DNA of 64,000 bases from an uncultured Proteiniphilum sp. (GTDB taxonomy: Bacteria; Bacteroidota; Bacteroidia; Bacteroidales; Dysgonomonadaceae): positions 28,516 through 92,515 of the forward strand of contig CAZAFR010000003.1 of the NCBI GenBank assembly GCA_964484665.1, written 5' to 3'. A program made the translations under genes and the position numbers. Under the pieces are notes generated by a model, which was given only the letters and a program-made list of their open reading frames with translations, ran no database searches and was not told where the DNA came from. This document shows, piece after piece, positions 10,801 through 18,718 of this stretch; position 1 is the first letter of the stretch, and each line of letters opens with the position of its first letter.

Positions 10801-11207
10801 TGCTCACCCCAGGTGCAAACAATGGATTAGGTATCCGCACACCACTGGAAGGCGATGCTGCTTATGTTGGAATGGAACTTCAAATACTTGATAATGATGC
10901 ACCTATATATGAAAATCTACAGATATATCAGTATCACGGTTCAGTATATGGGGTAATACCTGCTAAAAGAGGAGCCTTGAAACCATTAGGTGAGTGGAAC
11001 TATGAGGAAGTTATTGCTGATGGTGATAATATTAAAGTCATCCTCAATGGTACCACAATCGTTGATGGAAATATCCGCGAAGCTTCAAAAAATGGCACTG
11101 TAGATGGTCGTGATCACCCGGGCTTACTTAACAAGACCGGTCACATCGGATTCCTCGGACATGGTTCTACGGTTAAATTCAAAAATATCCGAGTAAAAGA
11201 ACTTTAA
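7815..11207 (+). CDS. Secreted HEAT-repeat protein with two C-terminal DUF1080 (3-keto-glycoside hydrolase/hydratase-like) domains
   Basis: Signal peptide; about 700 aa of helical repeats (AAQALASIG, ALGNLG); then FNGKNLDGW...GEWN...GERVSVWLNG...IELQAHG and FDGTNLDQW...GEWN...GHIGFLGHG. Confidence 0.88.
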   Translation: MKNVKIILISFCLSLVAGLYAQMPQGRTKATIVADALAQLPANSNKKYNQTIADLVSTGEEGLIDLINRLHAPGQGSNETVEYAISGWTHYVAGDNALRTATASTFSKALSSPLDKDIKAYIIRQIRTIGSDDNVETLSGFLTDEYLSDPAAQALASIGTTKAKATLLSYLTPSASELIKLNLINALGHTDYSIAEPVILGMLNDTQSEKMQRVIFAALGNLGTKESLKLLRNQAERSDFAYQKNNATEAYINLLGRLNISEPKTVKKEAEKLLKSADKLNRQDLKISATKILLTQPSADVSKILNSVIKDGDLTYISGVLNIFPFENNTKSVQLIKKEITSNKSPEVQTALIYWLGNNPSANATALLTPHASSSNKMVQKAATLGLTKVGGNDALISLAGLLKSSDEASVTLAKNALMSFDGDIAYTLASVFNDSETIGKKAILELISNRKIEGQYNLVYNQMFSDDKEVKAVAANTLKDVSTDKNLPDLFTLLEQSETEYVPAIQQAINAALKKLPNNEQIEIVTDRINKSANKHLYYSALAGIGSSDAIDKITNAYKNESGSNKDAAFDALSNINSFHVIYPMLDIVRSSNNKQEIEKVTDAIIDVVSRSNETGAIKYLYLREAMEFAQNDRQKNSILKQLGSTGQYQAMLFAASFMDVAELSESAAITVMNIGISDPSFAGEATTAALNKAAKTLSNPDADYQRQSINKFLAENPTDGGFVSIFNGKNLDGWKGLVANPIERAKMSKKELAAAQVKADQQMDMDWKVEDGLIIFDGKGYDNLCTKKLYGDFEMLVDWKLYPGNEPDAGIYLRGTPQVQIWDTARVNVGAQVGSGGLYNNQVHMSKPLKVADQKVGEWNSFLIKMVGERVSVWLNGELVTDNVVLENFWDRTQPIFPIEQIELQAHGSKVAYRDIYIKEIPRPEPFTLSKEEESEGFKILFDGTNLDQWNGNKDDYAVESGTITVYPGKSTGGTRNLYTNDQFDNFVFRFEFMLTPGANNGLGIRTPLEGDAAYVGMELQILDNDAPIYENLQIYQYHGSVYGVIPAKRGALKPLGEWNYEEVIADGDNIKVILNGTTIVDGNIREASKNGTVDGRDHPGLLNKTGHIGFLGHGSTVKFKNIRVKEL

Positions 11208-11238
11208 AAGTCGACATTTTTCTACAGTAAATAATTTG

Positions 11239-11277
11239 ACGGGTGAGAAACTTAACAGTTTTTCACCCGTTTTTTTT
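11239..11277 (+). terminator. Intrinsic terminator
   Basis: ACGGGTGAGAAAC / GTTTTTCACCCGT stem (one G-U pair) followed by a T7 tract. Confidence 0.9.
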
Positions 11278-11299
11278 GTTCAAAGAGTACACATAAAAT

Positions 11300-11445
11300 A
11301 TACTTTACTTTTACTTAAGTCTAATTTAAGTCTAACCTGGTTCTAAGCCTCCTCTAATATTCCTTATATAAGAACGACTTATATAAGAAACAAGTAAGAA
11401 ACATATAAAAAAGAAATAGGATAAATGTTAGGATAAGTTAGGTTA
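11300..11445. repeat. Degenerate 11-bp-period array with dyad polarity
   Basis: CTAA at 11321, 11332, 11343, 11354; TA(A/G)(G/A) at 11384, 11395, 11406, 11417, then TAGG at 11429 and 11439. Confidence 0.65.
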
Positions 11446-11449
11446 CAAA

Positions 11450-11599
11450 TTATGTTGTGAATTTCATTCCTCCCCATACTGCCAATAGTCCAAGTATTAA
11501 ACTTGCCAAGGTGCATAATGCAAACAATCCCCATTGATTGGTCTCAATCAACCGTAAGTTCTCATATGCAAAGGAAGAGAATGTTGTATATCTTCCCAC
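11450..11599 (-). pseudogene. crcB: crcB (Fluc fluoride channel) 3' remnant
   Basis: Minus strand reads VGRYTTFSSFAYENLRLIETNQWGLFALCTLASLILGLLAVWGGMKFTT*, matching the CrcB GGxTTFSxFxxE motif and last TM helix. The N-terminal half is absent. Not in the ORF track. Confidence 0.8.
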
Positions 11600-11746
11600 A
11601 TTTGTGTGTAATTTTGTTGTTGGCAAAGATATTGATAAAAGTATATAATTAACAACAAAAGATCAATGTTTGCTAATATCAATTTGTTTTTGTGTTTTTA
11701 AATAAAAAATAACAGCCTATCACTACAGTTTACCGTAATTTTTGCA

Positions 11747-11754
11747 TAGATTTG
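11747..11754 (+). promoter_or_regulatory. Candidate Bacteroidetes -7 promoter box for the S-component operon
   Basis: TAGATTTG matches TAnnTTTG, 33 nt upstream of the ATG. Confidence 0.45.
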
Positions 11755-11786
11755 TAACTTACGTTAAATGATTAAAACAAAATGCT

Positions 11787-12296
11787 ATGGCTATGAATGC
11801 TAAACTTTACACTCTAGGCTTAAATAATGCAAAAACATACCTGATTGCTACGGTATTTGTTGTAGGTAATCTTTTGTTTCCTCAACTTGCACACTTAATT
11901 CCTCAGGGCGGATTTATTTTTCTGCCAATCTATTTCTTCACATTAATTGCTGCTTACAAGTATGGTATTCATGTAGGATTGCTAACAGCGATACTTTCGC
12001 CACTGGCTAACAGCATGCTTTTCGGTATGCCTCCTGTTGCTGTTCTTCCGGCAATTATGATCAAATCGGCTATCCTGGCTGTAGCTGCGGCAATGGCTGC
12101 CAAACATTTTGGAAAAATATCGTTGCTTGGTATTTTATTGGCAATACTTGCTTACCAGTTTATCGGAACGGGCATTGAATGGATTATGACACAAAACTTT
12201 ATGGTTGCTATTCAGGATTTTCGTATAGGCATTCCGGGAATGTTAATCCAGTTGATTGGGGGCTATTTTGTTCTAAAGGCTTTAGCTAAAGTCTAA
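11787..12296 (+). CDS. ECF-type S-component-like membrane protein
   Basis: About 170 aa, ~6 TM; PQLAHLIPQGG...LPIYFFTLIAAYKYG...GLLTAILSP...GMPP pattern. Confidence 0.75.
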   Translation: MAMNAKLYTLGLNNAKTYLIATVFVVGNLLFPQLAHLIPQGGFIFLPIYFFTLIAAYKYGIHVGLLTAILSPLANSMLFGMPPVAVLPAIMIKSAILAVAAAMAAKHFGKISLLGILLAILAYQFIGTGIEWIMTQNFMVAIQDFRIGIPGMLIQLIGGYFVLKALAKV

Positions 12297-12326
12297 ACTG
12301 ACTTTTATAGCTTTATTTTTATAAAA

Positions 12327-12728
12327 ATGATAAATACTAAATCATTTGAGGAAGTCATGCAACGATTTCGTGAAATTAAATTTCACGAGACTTTCGATAT
12401 GATAGTTGCAATTGCTAATGGCGGAATTATTCCAGCTGCAATTATTAACCAAAAGTTGAACATAGAGATACAACTATTAAAAATAAACTTGCGCGATCCC
12501 AACCAGAAGCCAAAGTACGATAGTCCTAAACTAATTTCTCCAATTGAATTTGAGTTTAAACATAAAAATATACTTTTAGTTGAAGATAGAGTCAAAACTG
12601 GAGCGACTGTACAATTCGCCATCGATCTTTTACATGGTGCCGGACAAATAAAAACATTCGCAGTAAACGGAAAAGCCGATTATTGCTTGTATGACGAGGC
12701 GTGCTTCAAATTTCCTTGGAATATATGA
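12327..12728 (+). CDS. Short type I phosphoribosyltransferase-like protein
   Basis: IVAIANGGIIPA and PRPP-loop ILLVEDRVKTGATV; only 133 aa. Confidence 0.8.
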   Translation: MINTKSFEEVMQRFREIKFHETFDMIVAIANGGIIPAAIINQKLNIEIQLLKINLRDPNQKPKYDSPKLISPIEFEFKHKNILLVEDRVKTGATVQFAIDLLHGAGQIKTFAVNGKADYCLYDEACFKFPWNI

Positions 12729-14635
12729 GAAGAGTTGCTATTTTGATCTTTTTCTGTTTATTAGCATTAAACCCTCTATTAAGCAATAACCCTTATTTTA
12801 TTAATTCCGACAAGTCAGATGGTTTAAATGATACTGTCAGACTAGATGAAGTAGTTGTTACCGGTTCAATGCCGAAAGTAAATCTTCGTAATGTGCCGAT
12901 GAGTATTTCAGTAATTTTCGAAAACAAAATTACTGAAAGAATGCAACCATCTCTCCTACCCTTGATTACAGAAGAGGTACCGGGACTTTTCATCTCAGAG
13001 CGAGGAGTTATGGGTTATGGTGTTGCAGCAGGAGCTGCAGGTGGAATGAGTATACGAGGTATAGGAGGGTCACCCACTTCGGGAGTTTTAATACTTATCG
13101 ACGGTCATCCGCAATATATGGGTCTGATGGGACATCCGTTGGCAGACAGTTACCAATCGATGATGACGGAACGTGTGGAAGTCGTTCGAGGACCCGCATC
13201 TGTGTTGTATGGCTCAAACGCTATGGGAGGTGTAATTAATATTATTACAAAAAAACAACAAGAAGATGGCAGCAATAATTCCGCACAGGTTTCCTATGGA
13301 AGTTACAACACACTTAGTGCAGAAGTTTCGTCAGGAATTAAAAGTGATCAATTTAACTTCAACAGCAGTATTGGATACAATCGCTCCGACGGTCATAGAG
13401 AGAATATGAATTTTGAACAGTTCAATGGTTATGCCAAAGTTGGTTATGATTTCATAGCCAACTGGAGTAGTTTTATCGACTTTAATCTGTCTAAAACCCT
13501 TAGCTCTAATCCCGGGACTGTCACAAGCCCTATTATTGATAATGATGCTAATATTTTAAGAGGAGCAGCTTCGGTAGTTTTAGAGAATGATTACATCAAC
13601 ACATCAGGAGCACTAAAGTTATTCTACAATTTCGGAACACATAAAATAAATGATGGCTATCTTGCGAGTTCATCGTTTATACCCGATTATCGTTTCAGAT
13701 CTAACGACCAAATGCTTGGAATATCAGCTTACCAGTCGTATAGCTTCTTTGATGGAAATGAAACAACTGCCGGAATCGATTTGCAGCGTTTTGGGGGTAA
13801 AGCATGGAACAAATTTCCCGAAGGACCTTCCAAAGATTCTACTCAGGTAGACATTCATATAAACAATATTGCTGGTTACCTGAATGTACAGCAAACGGTT
13901 ATGGATAATCGTTTAACAATGAATGCAGGTATTCGTCTTGATCATCACGAATTAAACGGGTCGGAATGGATACCTCAGTTTGGATTAAGTTTTACACCCA
14001 CAGCATACACTTGGTTAAAAGCAATCGTAAGCAAAGGATTTAGAAATCCTACTATTAGAGAACTGTATATGTTTCCTCCTCGAAATCCTAACCTACAAGC
14101 TGAGCGATTGATGAACTATGAGATTTCGTTAACTCAATTGATTCCTAATTCAGGCTTAACTTTAGGCCTAAACCTGTTCTATATTAAGGGAGATAATATA
14201 ATTCAGGTTCAGATGACTGAAGGAAGGCCATTAAATGTTAATTCTGGAGAGATAAAAAATAAAGGTTTTGAACTGACTGCCAATTATAATGCTACTAAAA
14301 ATCTAAGGTTCTCAGCAAACTACAGTCTATTGGATATGACTCATAAGATAATTGGAGCACCTAAACACAAGCTTTATGTAAGTGGTAATTATTCTATTGA
14401 TAGATGGAACTTCTCTACCGGTATGCAATATTTGGGAGATTTATATACAACAGTAAATCCGGAACCGATTACAGAAAAAGCATTACTGTGGAATGCAAGA
14501 GTTAACTTTAAAGTAATTGAATGGCTAAACATTTTTGCAAGAGGAGAAAATTTACTTGGTCAGGAATATGAAACAAATGCAGGTTACCCTATGCCTGGTG
14601 CAACCGTTTTCGGAGGATTACGGTTCGATTTATAA
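12725..14635 (+). CDS. TonB-dependent outer-membrane receptor
   Basis: LDEVVVTGS TonB-box region, ERVEVVRGPASVLYGSNAMGGVINIITKK plug motif, C-terminal GLRFDL. Start placed at 12725, overlapping the PRTase stop (ATGA). Confidence 0.93.
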   Translation: MRRVAILIFFCLLALNPLLSNNPYFINSDKSDGLNDTVRLDEVVVTGSMPKVNLRNVPMSISVIFENKITERMQPSLLPLITEEVPGLFISERGVMGYGVAAGAAGGMSIRGIGGSPTSGVLILIDGHPQYMGLMGHPLADSYQSMMTERVEVVRGPASVLYGSNAMGGVINIITKKQQEDGSNNSAQVSYGSYNTLSAEVSSGIKSDQFNFNSSIGYNRSDGHRENMNFEQFNGYAKVGYDFIANWSSFIDFNLSKTLSSNPGTVTSPIIDNDANILRGAASVVLENDYINTSGALKLFYNFGTHKINDGYLASSSFIPDYRFRSNDQMLGISAYQSYSFFDGNETTAGIDLQRFGGKAWNKFPEGPSKDSTQVDIHINNIAGYLNVQQTVMDNRLTMNAGIRLDHHELNGSEWIPQFGLSFTPTAYTWLKAIVSKGFRNPTIRELYMFPPRNPNLQAERLMNYEISLTQLIPNSGLTLGLNLFYIKGDNIIQVQMTEGRPLNVNSGEIKNKGFELTANYNATKNLRFSANYSLLDMTHKIIGAPKHKLYVSGNYSIDRWNFSTGMQYLGDLYTTVNPEPITEKALLWNARVNFKVIEWLNIFARGENLLGQEYETNAGYPMPGATVFGGLRFDL

Positions 14636-14732
14636 AGAATCGAATTTCTAAATGTTGATTCAAGAGGGTATAATAAATACCCGACATGATATTGTCTTAA
14701 ATGTAAACTGAAATATCAAAAAAATAAGTACT

Positions 14733-15674
14733 ATGGACAGACGGAATTTTTTACGTTCAATAGCCCTCACTGGTGCTGCTATTACGACTATAAAAGAGGC
14801 TGATGCCATGAGCATACTTTCACAATCGTTTCAAACCACTAACGCCGCTACTAACTATGATATGGTTGCTGTTATGGGTGGTGAGCCTGAAGTTATGTTT
14901 CGAAAGGCAATTGAAGAGATGGGAGGAATAAAGAAATTTATTAGTAAAGGAGATAAAGTGTGCATAAAGCCCAATATAGGTTGGGACCAACCTGTTGAAA
15001 TGGCTGCTAACACTAACCCAAAACTTATTACTGAAATAATAAAACAATGTTTTGATGCAGGTGCTGCTGAGATTAAGGTTTTTGATCATACTTGCGACGA
15101 TTGGCGCAAATCGTATGCTAATAGCGGTATAGAAGATGCTGCAAAAAAGGCTGGAGCAGAAGTTCTGCCTGCTCATCAGGAATCTTATTATAAAACTGTT
15201 TCTATACCAAAAGGCAGAAGCCTGAAGACTGCAAAAATCCATCAAGCAATTGTGGACAGTGATAAGTGGATAAATGTGCCCATTCTTAAAAATCATGGAG
15301 GAGCACAACTAACTATTTCCATGAAAAACTATATGGGGATAGTTTGGGATAGAGGATTTTTTCATGCAAACGACCTACAACAATGTATTGCCGATATTTG
15401 TACTTATGAAAAAAAGCCTGTTTTGAATATTGTTGATGCTTATCGACTTATGAAAACAAGCGGACCGAGAGGAAGATCGCTTTCAGATGTTGTACTATCA
15501 AAGGGATTGTTTATGTCGCAAGACATTGTTGCTGTTGACACTGCTGCTGCCAATTTTTTTAATCAAGCTCGCAAGATGCCTCTTGAAAATGTAACACATA
15601 TAGCAAAAGCACAGGAGCATGGATTAGGGACCATGGATCTTGAGAAGCTGAATATTAGAAGAATCAAAATATAA
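14733..15674 (+). CDS. DUF362 domain protein with Tat signal
   Basis: MDRRNFLR signal; GDKVCIKPNIGW, NTNP, INVPILKNH, TISMKNYMG, DIVAVD. Confidence 0.85.
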   Translation: MDRRNFLRSIALTGAAITTIKEADAMSILSQSFQTTNAATNYDMVAVMGGEPEVMFRKAIEEMGGIKKFISKGDKVCIKPNIGWDQPVEMAANTNPKLITEIIKQCFDAGAAEIKVFDHTCDDWRKSYANSGIEDAAKKAGAEVLPAHQESYYKTVSIPKGRSLKTAKIHQAIVDSDKWINVPILKNHGGAQLTISMKNYMGIVWDRGFFHANDLQQCIADICTYEKKPVLNIVDAYRLMKTSGPRGRSLSDVVLSKGLFMSQDIVAVDTAAANFFNQARKMPLENVTHIAKAQEHGLGTMDLEKLNIRRIKI

Positions 15675-15780
15675 TATTAATGTTAAGGTTTATTGATTCA
15701 TAGTAACCAATAACCCGATTTAATATCCTGTTGTGGTCATCTATTTAATCGAATGAAAAACTAATTGAAAGAAAAGCATT

Positions 15781-17385
15781 ATGCTAAAAAAAATTCGTGT
15801 AACGGTATCTGTTATAATTTTCGCTCTTATAACATTTTATTTCTTAGATTTTAGGGGATTTCTACCGGAAAGTTTAAATTTTTTGACAGAAATACAATTT
15901 ATCCCAGCACTTCTTTCTTTAAACGTAATCATATTACTGTCATTGATAGTACTTACGCTTCTTTTCGGAAGAGTCTACTGTTCTTCAATTTGTCCTTTGG
16001 GTGTATATCAGGACCTTGTTGCATGGTTGTCTAAGAAATTCAATAAAAAAAAGAGATACAAATTCATCAAAGCTAAAAACCTACTTCGCTGGAGTGTTTT
16101 AGGAGCAACGGTTGTTGCATTTATCATTGGGTTCAACTTTTTAGTTGGACTACTCGATCCATACGGAGCTTATGGCAGAATGGTAACTCATCTTTTCAGA
16201 CCTGGCTATCTGGCAGGGAACAACCTTCTGGAGACAATATTCACCTCATTCGGCAATTACACTTTTTATAAAGTAAGTATTTATATTTTGAGCGTTTCCT
16301 CAACAATAATAGCATTAATCACACTTGTGGTAATCAGCTATATGGCATGGACAGGAGGAAGAACATACTGCAACACTATTTGTCCAGTTGGAACAACACT
16401 CGGTCTCTTGAGTAAATACTCACTTTTCAAAGTTCAGTTTATTGACGAAAAATGCAATTTGTGTGGTCTCTGCGCTATGAAATGTAAAGCATCCTGTATC
16501 GACATAAAAAATAAAGAGATCGATTACAGCAGATGTGTTACCTGCTTCAACTGCATAGAAAGCTGTAACCGTGAAGCAATAAAATACAAGATAGTCCAAC
16601 GAAAAAAAGAAACTCTTGCCAATGCAATTCCGGCATATACTTATGAAAAAGAAGATTTAACATACAAATCATCATATCAAGATAAAACAGAGAAGTCTGA
16701 GTCGGCTCTCAAAACGGTAAACGAATCCAAACGTCGTTTTATATCTGCATCACTGATAACAGGACTCACAGCGGGGAAGCTACTAGCTCAACATGTTTCG
16801 GGTAACATCCTACCTAAAAAAGACCTTAAAAGGCAGGTGCCAATTGCACCTCCGGGAGCACTTTCTTTTGATCATCTAAAAGAAAAATGTATCTCTTGCC
16901 ATTTATGTGTAAGCAAATGCCCCTCTCACGTAATTAAACCTGCTCTCCTAGAGTACGGACTTGGAGGAATAATGCAACCTAAGCTTTATTTCGATCATGG
17001 ATTCTGTAACTATGATTGCACTATATGTGGAGATGTTTGTCCAACAGGCGCCATTCAACCTTTAACCGTTGAAGAAAAAAATCATACACAAATGGGACAG
17101 GTACAATTTATACTCGAAAATTGTATCGTCTACTGCGATGAAACAAGCTGTGGCGCTTGTTCAGAACACTGCCCTACCCAAGCCGTTCACATGGTTCCCT
17201 ATAAAGGGCATCTAACTATTCCTGAAATTGACCCTTCTATATGTATAGGTTGCGGTGGCTGTGAGTATGTCTGTCCAGCCATACCATACAAAGCTATTTA
17301 TGTAGAAGGAATCGATACACAGAATATCATCGAAATTAAACATGATGAAGTTGATGAAATTGTAATTGATGATTTTGGATTTTAA
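15781..17385 (+). CDS. Membrane polyferredoxin (NapH-like N-terminus fused to NapF-like C-terminus)
   Basis: GRVYCSSICPLG and GRTYCNTICPVG; multiple CxxCxxCxxxCP clusters; PPGA motif; internal KRRFIS. Confidence 0.88.
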   Translation: MLKKIRVTVSVIIFALITFYFLDFRGFLPESLNFLTEIQFIPALLSLNVIILLSLIVLTLLFGRVYCSSICPLGVYQDLVAWLSKKFNKKKRYKFIKAKNLLRWSVLGATVVAFIIGFNFLVGLLDPYGAYGRMVTHLFRPGYLAGNNLLETIFTSFGNYTFYKVSIYILSVSSTIIALITLVVISYMAWTGGRTYCNTICPVGTTLGLLSKYSLFKVQFIDEKCNLCGLCAMKCKASCIDIKNKEIDYSRCVTCFNCIESCNREAIKYKIVQRKKETLANAIPAYTYEKEDLTYKSSYQDKTEKSESALKTVNESKRRFISASLITGLTAGKLLAQHVSGNILPKKDLKRQVPIAPPGALSFDHLKEKCISCHLCVSKCPSHVIKPALLEYGLGGIMQPKLYFDHGFCNYDCTICGDVCPTGAIQPLTVEEKNHTQMGQVQFILENCIVYCDETSCGACSEHCPTQAVHMVPYKGHLTIPEIDPSICIGCGGCEYVCPAIPYKAIYVEGIDTQNIIEIKHDEVDEIVIDDFGF

Positions 17386-17414
17386 TACTCTAAAATAGAT
17401 TTATTGTTAAACAA

Positions 17415-17428
17415 TGTGATATATCACA
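17415..17428. promoter_or_regulatory. Perfect palindrome upstream of tolC, candidate operator
   Basis: TGTGATATATCACA (14-bp perfect palindrome), 31 nt upstream of the -7 box TACTTTTG at 17460-17467. Confidence 0.4.
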
Positions 17429-17496
17429 AAAAGGAGACGAATTTCATTTTTACTTTCCATACTTTTGTAATTGTATTAAAATGAAAAAATGAAAAA

Positions 17497-18675
17497 ATGA
17501 AAAGATTAAGTTTAACTCTCCTCTGTTTTGTGGTTTTTATGGGAAGTCATGCTCAAAGCAGTATAGAATATATATTACAAAAAATTGAAACAAACAACAC
17601 TACCTTACATTCTATACAAAAACAGATAGAAGCACAAAAATTAGAAAGTAAAACGGGTATTTATTTACCAAACCCTGAAGTTGAGTATAGTTATTTATGG
17701 GGTAGTCCGTCCGAAGTTGAGAATGAAAAGTCATTTACCATAACTCAATCAATGGATTTTCCTACTGCATACGCACACAGGAAAAAAATATCGAGCATGA
17801 AAAATCAAAACCTTGATATGTTTTACAATTCTGAAAGAATGAATGTGCTATTGCAGGCAAAACAATTGATTATCAATCTTTCATACTATAATGCTCTGTC
17901 AAAGGATTATGAAAACAGGATAGAGATTGCAAAGGAAGTTGCAGAATCATATCAGAAAATGTATGATAAAGGAGCAATTGACATTTTAGAGAGAAATCAA
18001 GTGTATATGGACCTTATGACACGTATAAATGACAAAGAGAAAATTGATATTGAAAGAAAGTCGTTATTAAATGAGCTAAAAGCATTTAATGGGGATAAAG
18101 ATATTCAATTTGACGAAACAGAAATACCCCACTCTCCTCTTCCTTTAAATTTTAATGAATGGTATTCAGAAGCAGAATCAAGAAGTCCTGTTATTCAATA
18201 TCTAAATCAACAGATTGAAATAAACAAACAACACATAAAACTCCATCAGGCACTTTCTTTACCTAAACTTTCCGCCGGATATCACGATGAAAGAATTTTG
18301 GGTGAAAAACTACAAGGTATAGCAATAGGTATCTCTATACCACTTTGGGAAAACAAAAATACAGTTAAACAAGCAAGAGCAGATGTAGTTTCGGGCGAAT
18401 CATCTTTAGAAGACAATAAGCTTCAATATTATAACAGGTTGCAAAACCTATTCAATAAATCTGTCGATTTGCAAAAAACTGCAGAGAAATATCGTCAAGC
18501 ACTTTCAACATATAATAGTCTTCCCATGTTAAGGAAAGCACTTGATACAGGTGAGATTAATCTTCTAAACTATCTGCTGCAAATAGAAAACTATTATGAT
18601 GCATATAACACTATGCTTGAAATAGAAAGGGATTATGCACTTGCAGTGGCAGAATTAACAGCTGTATCTTTGTAA
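17497..18675 (+). CDS. TolC family outer-membrane efflux protein (CzcC-like)
   Basis: Signal peptide; LPNPEVEY, QSMDFPTAY, LPKLSAGY, ISIPLWENK, GEINLLNYL motifs; helical coiled-coil character. Confidence 0.85.
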   Translation: MKRLSLTLLCFVVFMGSHAQSSIEYILQKIETNNTTLHSIQKQIEAQKLESKTGIYLPNPEVEYSYLWGSPSEVENEKSFTITQSMDFPTAYAHRKKISSMKNQNLDMFYNSERMNVLLQAKQLIINLSYYNALSKDYENRIEIAKEVAESYQKMYDKGAIDILERNQVYMDLMTRINDKEKIDIERKSLLNELKAFNGDKDIQFDETEIPHSPLPLNFNEWYSEAESRSPVIQYLNQQIEINKQHIKLHQALSLPKLSAGYHDERILGEKLQGIAIGISIPLWENKNTVKQARADVVSGESSLEDNKLQYYNRLQNLFNKSVDLQKTAEKYRQALSTYNSLPMLRKALDTGEINLLNYLLQIENYYDAYNTMLEIERDYALAVAELTAVSL

Positions 18676-18718
18676 GTTTTTTAACTATTTACGTACTTAT
18701 CGCATTTGATGACTTTAA

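Noticed and set aside
11612-11660. 10-bp inverted repeat TTTTGTTGTT / AACAACAAAA around a promoter box
   Set aside because: Low complexity, and the 29-nt spacer is too short for an invertible promoter.
11600-11786. Riboswitch (cobalamin/TPP) upstream of the S-component operon
   Set aside because: No B12-box or TPP consensus visible; the region is very AT-rich and short.
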